From Octopus sinensis (lineage: Eukaryota): a stretch of DNA of 19,437 nt. Below the pieces are notes generated by a model, which did no database searches, was not told the DNA's origin, and worked only from the letters and a program-made list of their open reading frames with translations. This document shows positions 9,609 to 19,348 of this stretch, in pieces (the stretch's first letter is position 1; the number at the start of each line of letters is the position of its first letter). Location of the stretch: contig NW_021824182.1 of NCBI RefSeq assembly GCF_006345805.1, forward strand, positions 1 to 19,437, given 5' to 3'. Both the position numbers and the translations under genes were made by a program.

Positions 9609-9814
9609 TTTCTTTACTACCCACAAGGAGCTAAACACAGAGGGGACAAACAAGGACAGACAAAGGGATTAAGTCGATTACATCGACCCCAGTGCGTAAC
9701 TGGTACTTAATTTATCGCCCCCGAAAGGGATGAAAGGCAAAGTCGACCTCGGCGGAATTTGAACTCGGAACGTAACGACGCCCGGCGTGCTAACGTTTCT
9801 GCCAGCTCGCCGCC
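9609..9814 (-). mobile_element. SINE family B, second copy with an internal deletion and a different 3' tail
   Basis: Head GGCGGCGAGCTGGCAGAAACGTTAGCACGCCGGGCG and the same core as 9189-9400. It lacks ~25 nt of the tRNA-like region, and its tail differs beyond GGGGTCGATGTAATCGACT. Confidence 0.85.
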
Positions 9815-9889
9815 TACACACACACACACACACACACACACTAATACATATATAATATAGATGTATAATAGCTGCATGTATGTGTGTAT

Positions 9890-9922
<33 letters not shown>

Positions 9923-10083
9923 CCGTATTTCACGTGCATAAGGAAACCTTTTTTGTCAAAAATTAGGTTAAAAAAATATGGGAGTTTCTTATACATGGAT
10001 AGTATTATAATCCCTTACAAAAACTTCTTTCCAAATTTTAAGCCCCCAAAATTAGGGGATTCCTTATACACGTTAAAATACGG
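9923..10083. mobile_element. Tc1/mariner-pogo-type MITE in a (TA)n tract
   Basis: Imperfect TIRs CCGTATTTCACGTGCATAAGGA / TCCTTATACACGTTAAAATACGG, flanked by TA on both sides. Confidence 0.8.
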
Positions 10084-10124
10084 TATATATATATATATAT
10101 ATATATATACATACACACACACAG

Positions 10125-10157
<33 letters not shown>

Positions 10158-10185
10158 ATATACAGCTATTGTGTGTATATATGTA

Positions 10186-10347
10186 GGAGCAGGCGTCGCT
10201 GTGTGATAAGAAACTTTTTCCCAGCCACATGGTTTTGAGTTCATTTCCAGTGCGTGACACCTTGAGCAATTGTCTTCTACTATAGCTTCAGACCGACCAA
10301 AGCTTTTGAGTGGATTTGGTATACGGAAACTAAAAGAAGCCCGTCGT
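10186..10347 (+). mobile_element. SINE family A, diverged 5' half
   Basis: Homologous to 6499-6662. It ends at GAAGCCCGTCGT before a short (TA)(TG) tract. Confidence 0.8.
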
Positions 10348-10568
10348 AAATATATATATATGTGTGTGTGTAACTGTTTTATATATATATATACAACATT
10401 ACTCTTTTATGTACACTTTTTTATGTACATTCCTTTATGTACACTGATTTGTTCTGCTTTTTATATTTAACCCTACAGTCTCTTATGTGGTGGTTTAATA
10501 AAGTATGTGATTGAGTATTATCTGGTAATTGATATTTGATTTTGATGTATTTCTCCATTTTCTTATCT

Positions 10569-10620
<52 letters not shown>

Positions 10621-10641
10621 ATTATATAATACACACACATA

Positions 10642-10848
10642 CAGTATTACCTCGACTATCGCGGATATACATTCCAAAACACCCCGCGATATGTGAAAAG
10701 TAGAAACGTAAAGTACTGTATTTGTTTTGTTTTTTTTTTATTATTCTTATAATTTGTTTATATTTATTTTATTATAAATGCCAAACAACACCACGGAAGA
10801 ATCGACAAAAGCTTAAACAATAAACCGCGATATGGCAAAGGATTACTG
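10642..10848. mobile_element. Tigger/pogo-like MITE
   Basis: TA|CAGTATTACCTCGACTATCGCGG ... CCGCGATATGGCAAAGGATTACTG|TA imperfect TIRs. Confidence 0.75.
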
Positions 10849-10879
10849 TATATATATATGGATATGGATCAGAACAAAA

Positions 10880-11230
10880 TAAATAAAACAGATAGGCGTG
10901 ATACAAGATCAACAAACAGGATATATTGGTTTAACAATCAGTAAAACGTGTTATCTGTTCAAACATAAACGTTTTACCCGTCCAAGTATTCGAACATGTA
11001 AGAAAGCCCATTCACTGTATTTTTGCCTCCTTGTCAGTTTGGCGTGCTTACTCAAGCCAGTGTCTGATACTGAGGAGGGGATAACTACTCCAAAATGCGC
11101 ACGTAGATAACTCTCGATAGCGGGTGGTACACTTTGAAATGGCTTAGTGTGTTTTCGCCTTAATGTCGACAGCGAGAAATTTTCTCCATGACAAAATACA
11201 GTAAAGGGCTTTCTTACAGGTTCGTATTGG
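10880..11230 (+). repeat. Unclassified interspersed repeat with ~40-bp internal inverted arms and a hammerhead-like relic (possibly Penelope-derived)
   Basis: 10880-11142 aligns with 15442-15707. Inverted arms lie at 10982-11025 and 11192-11230. CTGAGGA-GGGG-ataacta-CTCC-AAAA-TGCG at 11070-11099. Confidence 0.65.
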
Positions 11231-11239
11231 CCTCGAGCC

Positions 11240-12224
11240 GGATCTTTTCTTTTTGAAGGCCAGATTTTCCTAGTTAACTAAACAATTTGAAACTTCGTAT
11301 ACTGGTAGAATGTGTCAAAAGAAAACATTATTGTAAACAAAATTGAAAACAAAATTGTAATTCGTAACTTAAACGTAGTTTAATTTTAAGAATTTTAACC
11401 AATGAAATCGCAGCATTCGAGCTCAAATTATTTACCTCTTCTTCTGTCTTCTACATGTGCTAGAAATAACAGCTATATCTCTTAAATCGATTAATTTCGT
11501 CGCCCAATAAAAATATTAACGATATTTTTTGAATAATTTCTTAATTTTTTTTTTTTACCGAAAAGGCTTCTCCCATGGTTTTGAAGGGCCAGAAACAACA
11601 AAAACAAAACAATAATATGCCTAAATCGGTCTCGAGTTTGCGCGTGGAGTGTGAGTCGTATTGTAAAAATTTGCGAAATATTTTTTCATAAAAGGATGCC
11701 CTCAGCTTGTCGGAAGCTGTGATATAAATTGGGATAAAAATCCTCGACACCAGTGCGTAATTGGTACTTAATTTATCGACCCCGAAACGATGAAACATTG
11801 ACCCCACCCCCCTTCTGTGCAAATTTGTTGCGGCAAGTGGCAAAACACAACGTGTATTTTTGCTTGTGTGCGTATGTGTGTGTATGTATATGTCCGTTGT
11901 ATGTGTGTGTACGCTTTATTTATTACTACATGTACTTGTGCAAATGTGCGTGTGTGTGTGTTGTGTGTTCGTGGTGTGTCGTGCTCTGCTATATTTCTTT
12001 ATCGATAACGCAGCAATGTTGGGATTTCATTGGTTAATATTCGAAGATGTTGGGATTTCATTGGTTAAAATTCGTAAAAATTAAACTACGTTTAAGTTAC
12101 AAATTACAATTTTGTTTTCAATTTTGTTTACAATAATGTTTTCTTTTGACACATTCTACCAGTATACGAAGTTTCAAATTTTTTAGTTAACTAGGAAAAT
12201 CTGGCCTTCAAAAAGAAAAGATCC
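11240..12224. mobile_element. MITE with ~175-bp TIRs, GGATC...GATCC termini and 8-bp TSD
   Basis: 11240-11415 is nearly identical to the reverse complement of 12047-12224. TSD CTCGAGCC at 11232-11239 and 12225-12232. A 31-bp tandem duplication starts at 12016 and 12047. Confidence 0.93.
11744..11795 (-). mobile_element. Short core fragment of SINE family B inside the MITE
   Basis: TCGACACCAGTGCGTAATTGGTACTTAATTTATCGACCCCGAAACGATGAAA matches 9683-9735. Confidence 0.7.
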
Positions 12225-12240
12225 CTCGAGCCTATTTCGA

Positions 12241-12448
12241 CTACTCTTTTACTTGTTTCAGTCATTTGAGTGTGGCGATGCTGGAGCACTGCCTTTTAGT
12301 CGAGCAATCCACCCTAGGACTTATTCTTTGTAAGCCTAGTACTTATTCTATCGGTGTCTTTTGCCGAACCACGAAGTTACGGGGACGTAAACGCACCACC
12401 ATCGGTTGCCAAGCGATGTTGGGGAGGGGGGGAAACACAGACACACAA

Positions 12449-12499
<51 letters not shown>

Positions 12500-12653
12500 C
12501 ATTTATACGACGGGCTTCCTTCAGTTTCCGTCTACCAAATCCACTCACAAGGCTATAGTAGAAGACTCTTGCCCAAGGTGCCATGCAGTGGGACTGAACC
12601 CGGAACCAAGTGGTTCCTAAGTAAGCTACTTACCACACAACCACTCCTACGCC
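12241..12653 (-). mobile_element. SINE family A, near full length
   Basis: Reverse complement of head, central (TA)(TG) tract and 3' tail (…CTCCAGCAT…AAATGACTGAAACAAGTAAAAGA). Confidence 0.88.
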
Positions 12654-12855
12654 TATGTAAAGAGTTTTTGATATTTTTTTTTGCACATCGCTGCTAAACG
12701 TTCTCTCCGTAATATGTATAGATAAATGCTTATATATATATGTATGTATATATGTATTTGTGTGCTAGTGCTATGGTAAAATAGAATATTTACATGGTCT
12801 ATTAGCCATGTGTGTGTATGTGTGTGTGTTTATACAGTCTATAGGCATATGTGCG

Positions 12856-12896
<41 letters not shown>

Positions 12897-12899
<3 letters not shown>

Positions 12900-13090
12900 T
12901 GGTGTGTGATGGTTGTTGTATTGGATGTGCTGCCACACCCAGTGCCGCCATATTTGAAGCTGGGATATGACAAAAGTGTTCCATTGAGATTTTTGATTGA
13001 ATTAATGAGTAAGTTTAATATTTATAACTAATTTGCTATTTTCGATGGGTGTGCAGCGCAAACCTAGCACACCCGCAATATACGCCCCTG
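12897..13090. mobile_element. Old hAT-like MITE
   Basis: Termini CAGTGGTGTGT / ATACGCCCCTG, with degenerate ~45-bp inverted similarity ending in GCTGC(C)ACACCCA. It sits in (AT)n, so the TSD is uninformative. Confidence 0.5.
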
Positions 13091-13129
<39 letters not shown>

Positions 13130-13173
13130 GCTACATACATACATATGCATACATACATACATACATACATACA

Positions 13174-13191
<18 letters not shown>

Positions 13192-13206
<15 letters not shown>

Positions 13207-13499
13207 GTACATACCTACATCTATATGTATACATACATGCATATATGGGTACAGGACATAAAAAAACGTTGAATACAATGAGAAACGAAAACATAAAAAC
13301 AAAAACATGGAAACGAACTTTTTTTTTCAAACGACGAAAAAAAAAAACAGAGTACAAGACATACAACACAAGGAATATTCCCCTTCTTCAGTTATCCCTG
13401 TTTCATCTACTCCGCGTTTCTCATTGTGTTCAACGGTTTTTTGATGTCCTGTACCCGTATATGCATATATATGTCGGTATGTACATATATGTATGTATA
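13192..13499. repeat. Fold-back element with inverted arms 13192-13287 and 13415-13499
   Basis: ATGCATATATGGGTACAGGACATAAAAAAACGTTGAATACAATGAGAAACG pairs with CGTTTCTCATTGTGTTCAACGGTTTTTTGATGTCCTGTACCCGTATATGCAT. Pairing continues into the low-complexity flanks. Confidence 0.85.
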
Positions 13500-13576
13500 T
13501 ATGCATATATTTATATATTAGTTATACTATTATATGATCGAACGCCACGCATCCTTTTCCAAGTAAGTTATATATA

Positions 13577-13612
<36 letters not shown>

Positions 13613-14785
13613 TGTATGTATGTATGTATGTATGTATGTATGTATATATATGTGTGTGTGTGTGTATAGATAGGTCCAATATAGGCAGAATCAATAAAAG
13701 GTACTCCTTTGCAATAAAAAGTGCTCCATCCAGTGAGAGATAAATACACAACTGAAAGTGCTACTAAAAATGTCACGCTTTAATGATACTTTAACAAGGC
13801 ATAATTATATGTATAATATAAATAAAATGAATAATATATATGCGGTCGGGGCGGCGGGGTGTATCACTTTATATCAATCTGACGGTTGGGATTTGTGTAA
13901 TTCCAATATTCGACCTGATGATTTCTATGTATATGCTCCAGCTGTTACCGTTTTCAGGTCAACTTAGCTATTCTCCCAGCATAGATCGATGAAATTCAGA
14001 ACCTATCAAATAGTGAGGGTGGTGTAAACAATTGATCCTTCTTTACTCGATATATCTATATCGAACTTGCCTATACACACACACACACACACATGCACAG
14101 ACAACACACACGCACACACACATACACACACATCATACGTATGCGCATATATATATATATATGCATACACACACATATATATATTTATATACACGTATAT
14201 ATGTGCATATGTATATATTCATATATTTATATATATATATACATACAACTATATATATTTATAGTATATATGTATATAATAAGTGTATGTATGTTGTATA
14301 CATTATATGTGTGTGTGTGTTTTTATACATATGCATATATATATATATATCGTATAATATATATATATATATATATAATATATAGATATTATTGAACTAT
14401 ATCATATATATATATACGAGTGTCGGATATGAAGTTCATGGGCTGACCAATATACTCTCATAGAATGTGACCAAATGAGGTTTATTTCTCAACATAGTTC
14501 CCTTTGCTGTCCATCCACTTCTTCCATTGGTGTTGCAGTGCTTGCGTCCCACTGGTGAAGAAGCTTTCATACTGTTAACCGTGAAAAACGTTATCAACAG
14601 CAGATATGACGTCATCATCACTGCGATACTGCTTTTTAGCTGAGTGTTTTTTTCATGTTGTGGAACAGATGATAGTCAAATGGGGCCAAATTAGAAGAAT
14701 AGGGAGAGTGATCAACCAGTTCGATGGCACAGTCACACACGGCAGCTATTGAAAACAAGGATTTGTATGCTGCAGCATCGTCCTA

Positions 14786-15174
14786 GTGGAGGCGCAATGG
14801 CCCAGCGGTTAGGGCAGCGGACTCGCGGTCATAGGATCGCGGTTTCGATTCCCAGACCGGGCGTTGTGAGTGTTTATTGAGCGAAAACACCTAAAAGCTC
14901 CACGAGGCTCCGGCAGGGGATGGTGGTGAACCCTGCTGTACTCTTTCACCACAACTTTCTTTCACTCTTACTTCCTGTTTCTGTTGTACCTGTATTTCAA
15001 GGGGCCGGCCTTATCACTCTCTGTGTCACGCTGAATATCCCCGAGAACTACTTTAAGGGTGCACGTGTCTGTGGAGTGCTCAGCCACTTACACGTTAATT
15101 TCACGAGCAGGCTGTTCCGTTGATTCGGATCAACCGGAACCCTCATCGTCGTAACCGACGGAGTGCTTCAAAGA
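14786..15174 (+). mobile_element. SINE family C, full length, inserted in the mariner
   Basis: Near-identical to 8297-8683. TSD AGCATCGTCCTA at 14774-14785 and 15175-15186. Confidence 0.92.
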
Positions 15175-15441
15175 AGCATCGTCCTAATGAAACAAGACTA
15201 TTTTTGTCAGTTTTCCTGGGCGTTTGTTTTTCATAACCTTTCGTAACTGCCTCAGCATGTTGGCATAGTACCCTCAACTGATGGTATGGCATTTTGAAGA
15301 TAAACAATAAACACAATGTCTTTTGCATCCCCAAAAAACTGAGCCCTTACCTGCAGATAAAATGAGCTTGGTCTTATTTTGAGCAGATGAGGAGGCGTCT
15401 TTTCCCTGAGGAGGCGTCTTTCACCCCCCCCCCCCCCAAAA

Positions 15442-15707
15442 AAAAAAATATACAGAAAGGCATGATATAAAAGATCACCAAACGGGATAGATTAGTTTAA
15501 CATCCAGTAAAACGTGTCATCTGTTCCAATATAAACGTGTTACCTGTCCATATATTCGAACATGTAAGAAAGCCATTCACTGTATTTTTGCCTCTTTGTC
15601 AGTTTGGAGCGCTTACCCTTGCCAGTGTCTGATACTGAGGAGGAAATAACTACTCCAAAATGCGCACATAGATAACTCTCGATAGTGGGTAGTACACTTC
15701 GAAATGG
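15442..15707 (+). repeat. Second, truncated copy of the 10880-11230 repeat inserted in the mariner
   Basis: Colinear with 10880-11142 and preceded by C and A homopolymer runs. Same hammerhead-like relic at 15635-15664. Confidence 0.8.
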
Positions 15708-16346
15708 ATTGTCACTTTGTCTCTAGCTCAAAGTAATGAACCCAGTACTAATCCTAGGATGGGAAACTTTCAAGGAAACCAGCTGGATCAGTCTCAAACA
15801 ATACCAGATTTTTCCCGTGATATGATCAGCCTGGTGTGCTTATGTTCAGACATCGAACCCACCCAACAGAAACCCTCGCCATGTCAAGTTCCTTGTGCAG
15901 AATATTCTCAACTCTCACGGGATATGCTGATAGTATGGCTATTTGATTTAAAGTGAAATGCCTGTCATCAATCTATTTGGTGAACACCATCAATGTTCCC
16001 CTCGGTGGTGGCTGTTGCAGGATGTCCAGTCCTAGGATCATAATCAAGTCTCTCCCTTCCTCTCCTCAAATCAGCCGCATAATTTAGCACCGTTGATAAC
16101 ACTTGAGCGCCATCCCCTAATGTAGCAACCATGTCAGCATGAACGTCGTTGGGGGCGGGGGGCTAATCTCTTTTTCTGCAGTTACTTTATAACACCTTGA
16201 TGCCAAATTTTATCAATTTTCAAGAGAAATCACTACTAGTTGCTTTTGAAATCAGGTATCAGTTTACCTGGAAATAAATAATGCAGTATATTTTCTATTT
16301 CCATCCATACATACATACACACATACGCGCGCACACACGCATACAC

Positions 16347-16397
<51 letters not shown>

Positions 16398-16929
16398 TAC
16401 ATATATCAGGAGCGAATCCAGGTCATTAGCGTCGCTCGAGCTCATCACAGGTTTCGCAGAAGACATATGCCTACTTGAGGAATTTCACGTTTTTCCGCAA
16501 TATTTCTAGTCCCAAATGGCTTACTTTTTTTTTTTACATCTAGCAATATGTCTTTCTCCATTTCTAAGTTAAGCGTAAAAATAAAGCAACCCTGCAAAAC
16601 AAAATTGATCTTTACACACAGGCGCACAGAACAACACCAATGAAATAAAGACAACGATGTACACGACAAACATCAGCGATCTGACTGTCGCCTGTACTCT
16701 TGATAAGAGATGCTAGTTAGCCTTTTACACCTATCAGGCTCGTTCGTATCATCCCGAGTTGCTGGATAATTTTTCGATCCTTTAATATTATTGTAGAACG
16801 GAAACTTTTCATGGATTGGAATTTAAATCCTAATCGCTATAGAAATTTATTGTTTCAAGAAAACATTGAATTTGAATTACTTTTAATGTTTACAATTATA
16901 AATAACAACTTGGGCTGTGACTTCTGAGC

Positions 16930-17190
16930 CCGAGTCAGGCGCCTGTGAACGATGTCGAGAGAACGTCTGCTACGAATGATATTTTTTGACGCAAGGAACC
17001 TCTAAAGACGACCGCCAGACGTTGAACGAAAGTAAACGAACTGCGACCAGGCTCAATAAAGCATTGAACCTGGTCGCAGTTCCATAATTTTCGTTCAGCG
17101 TCTAGCGGTCGCCTTTAGAGGTTCCCTGCGTCAAAAAATATCGTTCGTAGCAGACATTCTCTCGACATCGTTCACAGACGCCTGACGCGG
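16930..17190. repeat. 261-bp near-perfect palindrome (128-bp arms, 5-nt loop)
   Basis: Arms 16930-17057 and 17063-17190 show 13 mismatches and no indels by manual comparison. Loop is AAAGC. Confidence 0.95.
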
Positions 17191-17247
17191 AAAGGACGAA
17201 AACGTGTAAGTCGGAGTACTGACAACTTAAAGCCATTCACTTCAAAT

Positions 17248-17393
17248 GTACAGAAGTAGTTGTGTAGTAAGTAGCTTGCTTACCAACCACATGGCTCCGG
17301 GTTCAGTCCGGGTAAGTGTCTTCCACTATAGCCTCGGACCGACCAAAGCCTTGTAAGTGGATTTGGTAGACGGAAACTGAAAGAAGCCCTTCG

Positions 17394-17432
<39 letters not shown>

Positions 17433-17473
17433 TTAGTTATGTGTGTGTGTGTGTGTGTGTGTGTGTTTAGTTA

Positions 17474-17504
<31 letters not shown>

Positions 17505-17800
17505 TTAGTTATGTATGTGTGTGTGTGTGTGTGTTTAGTTATGTATGTGTGTGTGTGTGTGTGTGTGTTTAGTTATGTATGTATGTGTGTATATGTTTGT
17601 GTGTCTGTATTTGTCCCCCACCCCACCATCGCCTGACAACTGACGTTGGTGTGTTTACGTCCCCGTAACTTAGTGGTTCAGCAAAAGTGACCGATAGAAT
17701 AAGTACTAGGCTTACAAAGAATAAGTCCAGGGGTCGATTTGTTCGACTGAAGGCGGTGCTACAGCATGGCCGCAGTCAAATGACTGAAACAAGTAGAAGA
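17248..17800 (+). mobile_element. SINE family A with an expanded internal minisatellite
   Basis: Diverged head, a short deletion after GGTTCAGTCC, five (TG)n-TTTAGTTAT units at 17416-17580 and an intact 3' tail. Confidence 0.88.
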
Positions 17801-17925
17801 ATTAAAAGATACGTATCGCACCTGTAATACATAAACTAAAATTGAAACGATCAAGAGAAGATTAAGATGGTTCCTGCTCAAGAATGAGACGCAAATTCGT
17901 GAAGTGTTCCATAATTTTAGATATA

Positions 17926-18330
17926 GGCACAGGCGTGGATATGGAGTAAGAAGATTGTTTTCCAACCACATGGTTCCGGGTTCAGTCCCACGGCGTGGAA
18001 CCTTGGGCAAGTGTTTTCTGCTATATCCTCGATCCGACCAAGACCTTCTGAGTGCATTTAGTTGACGGAAACTGAAAGAAGCTCGTCGTATATATGTGTG
18101 TGTGTGTTGTGTATCTATGTGTCTGTATTTGTCCTTCCTTCATCGCTTGACAGCCGGTATTGGTGTGTTCACGTCCCCGTAACAAAGCAGTTCAGCAAAA
18201 GAGAATGATAGAATAGATACCAGACTTTAGAAAAATAAGTCCTGGGGTCGATTCATTCGGCTAAAAATTCTTTAATGCGGTGCCCCAGTATGGCCGCAGT
18301 CTAATGATTGAGGCCAGTAAAATATAAAAG
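17926..18330 (+). mobile_element. SINE family A, full length, diverged
   Basis: Head GGCACAGGCGTGG, GGTTCAGTCCC, CCTTGGGCAAG, a short central tract and a 3' tail to CTAATGATTGAGGCCAGTAAAA. Confidence 0.85.
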
Positions 18331-18540
18331 GTTTATTTACCTTATTGATTTCTGTAATTTATGGACTTTTTGTGAGTTAACTGAAATCAATTTGCATGTT
18401 TATGTTTATATACATCTATAAATGTATTCATGCGGGGTATGTGCGTGTGTTTATGACTATTTATTTGTTTATGTGTTGGTGTGAGTTTATCAGGGTATGT
18501 GTTTATATTTATGTGTCTGATTACGTAAGTTTATCATTTA

Positions 18541-18619
18541 CTTTTTACTTGTTTCGGCCATTAGACTGTGGCCAAGCTGGTGCACCGCATTGGAGAATTT
18601 TAGTCGAACGAATTAATCC
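18541..18619 (-). mobile_element. 3' tail fragment of SINE family A
   Basis: Reverse-complement similarity to 18250-18325. Confidence 0.7.
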
Positions 18620-18629
18620 TCACTCTCCA

Positions 18630-19348
18630 TCTACTATAATAATATTCTTGCGTTTTTTCTCCGTCACAATATATGAATGAGAAAGGAAGGGGTGATGTCA
18701 TTTTTTCATAGCTCCCACGGTTACCGAGATAAACTACTATAATAAAACTCTTGGGTTTATGAATGAGAAAGGAAGGGGTGATAGATGAATAAGGAAGGAA
18801 AGAAGGAAGGAAGCAAACTGATAATGGGATGATGGTAAAAGGAAGGTGTATATGTGTGTGTGTTGTGTGTCTGTGTGTGTGTGTAATGGAATTGTGATGG
18901 TGAGCATTCAACGCTGAAAAGAAAGATCAAACAGCGTTTCAACTCTGTGAATATATGTGTGTATGTGTGTGCGTGTACAAAGGAAGTATGTGAATGTTTG
19001 TATGTGTGAACCAGCGTTCTTTCAGTAACAAACGATGACCGATATCACATCTCAAAAGACAACCATTAGATAACATTAACAAGTCTATTAATTTGATTTA
19101 CCATCCATATTCTGTCTGTTTTGTTAAAAATACTTATTACAATCACACACTCCTACACAAACATACAAGCTCATTAGAGAAAATAATTATTGCGTGCGTG
19201 TATCAAGAATATAAAACGACTGCAGTTGGAAGGTATATTATAAATTTGATAATAAAAGAATTATTAAACTAAAAACTTGGTTTTGTACTTTATTTAGATA
19301 TAAAATACTACAATTAGCCGTCTTTTTTGACGGCACCGGGCCAGCTGG
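18630..19348 (+). mobile_element. Probable non-autonomous Helitron
   Basis: 5' end A|TCTACTATAATAA. 3' hairpin GCCGTC-tttttt-GACGGC (19317-19334) lies 10 nt before CTGG|T (CTRR). Insertion between A and T with no TSD fits Helitron rules. Confidence 0.5.

Larger units (their letters stand above)
14482..16217 (-). pseudogene. mariner (DD34D) transposase pseudogene
   Basis: Manual translation gives DKIWHQGVIK, DVHADMVATLGD, ENILHKELDMARVSVGWVRCL (WVPR-like), YWVHYFELETK, YYANMLRQLRK..KRPGKLTKIVLFH*D-(34 aa including HSPYSSNLAPF)-DYHLF, and ALQHQWKKWMDSKGNYVEK*. Confidence 0.9.
14417..16285 (-). mobile_element. Decayed mariner DNA transposon interrupted by two insertions
   Basis: TA|CGAG...AAGTTCATGGGCTGAC mariner-type end at 14415-14447 and transposase relics throughout. 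A weak candidate for the other TIR lies at 16716-16748 (16/33 matches). Confidence 0.85.

Noticed and set aside
13840-14045. Unique-looking island with TTTTCAG acceptor-like site
   Set aside because: All three frames after the site hit stops. It weakly resembles the SINE B core (GGTCAACTTAGC...GATCGATGAAATT), so it is probably an old SINE relic, too diverged to annotate.
6383-14395. Many ORFs rich in YI/HT/CV/ER repeats
   Set aside because: They are translations of (TA)n, (CA)n, (TG)n and (GA)n microsatellites or of SINE sequence, with no coding signal.
16716-16748. Second mariner TIR
   Set aside because: Same length as the left end and it finishes TCGTA, but only 16/33 identities. Not used as the element boundary.
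16917-17212. Hammerhead split by the palindrome (GACTT-CTGA ... GAAAGGACGAAAACGTGTAAGTC)
   Set aside because: The CUGANGA box is incomplete and the stem I register does not fit the cleavage site. Several edits would be needed.
17416-17580. CRISPR-like regularly spaced repeat (also the 4351-4750 monomers)
   Set aside because: Spacers are (TG)n or homologous to each other, the context is eukaryotic, and there are no cas genes.
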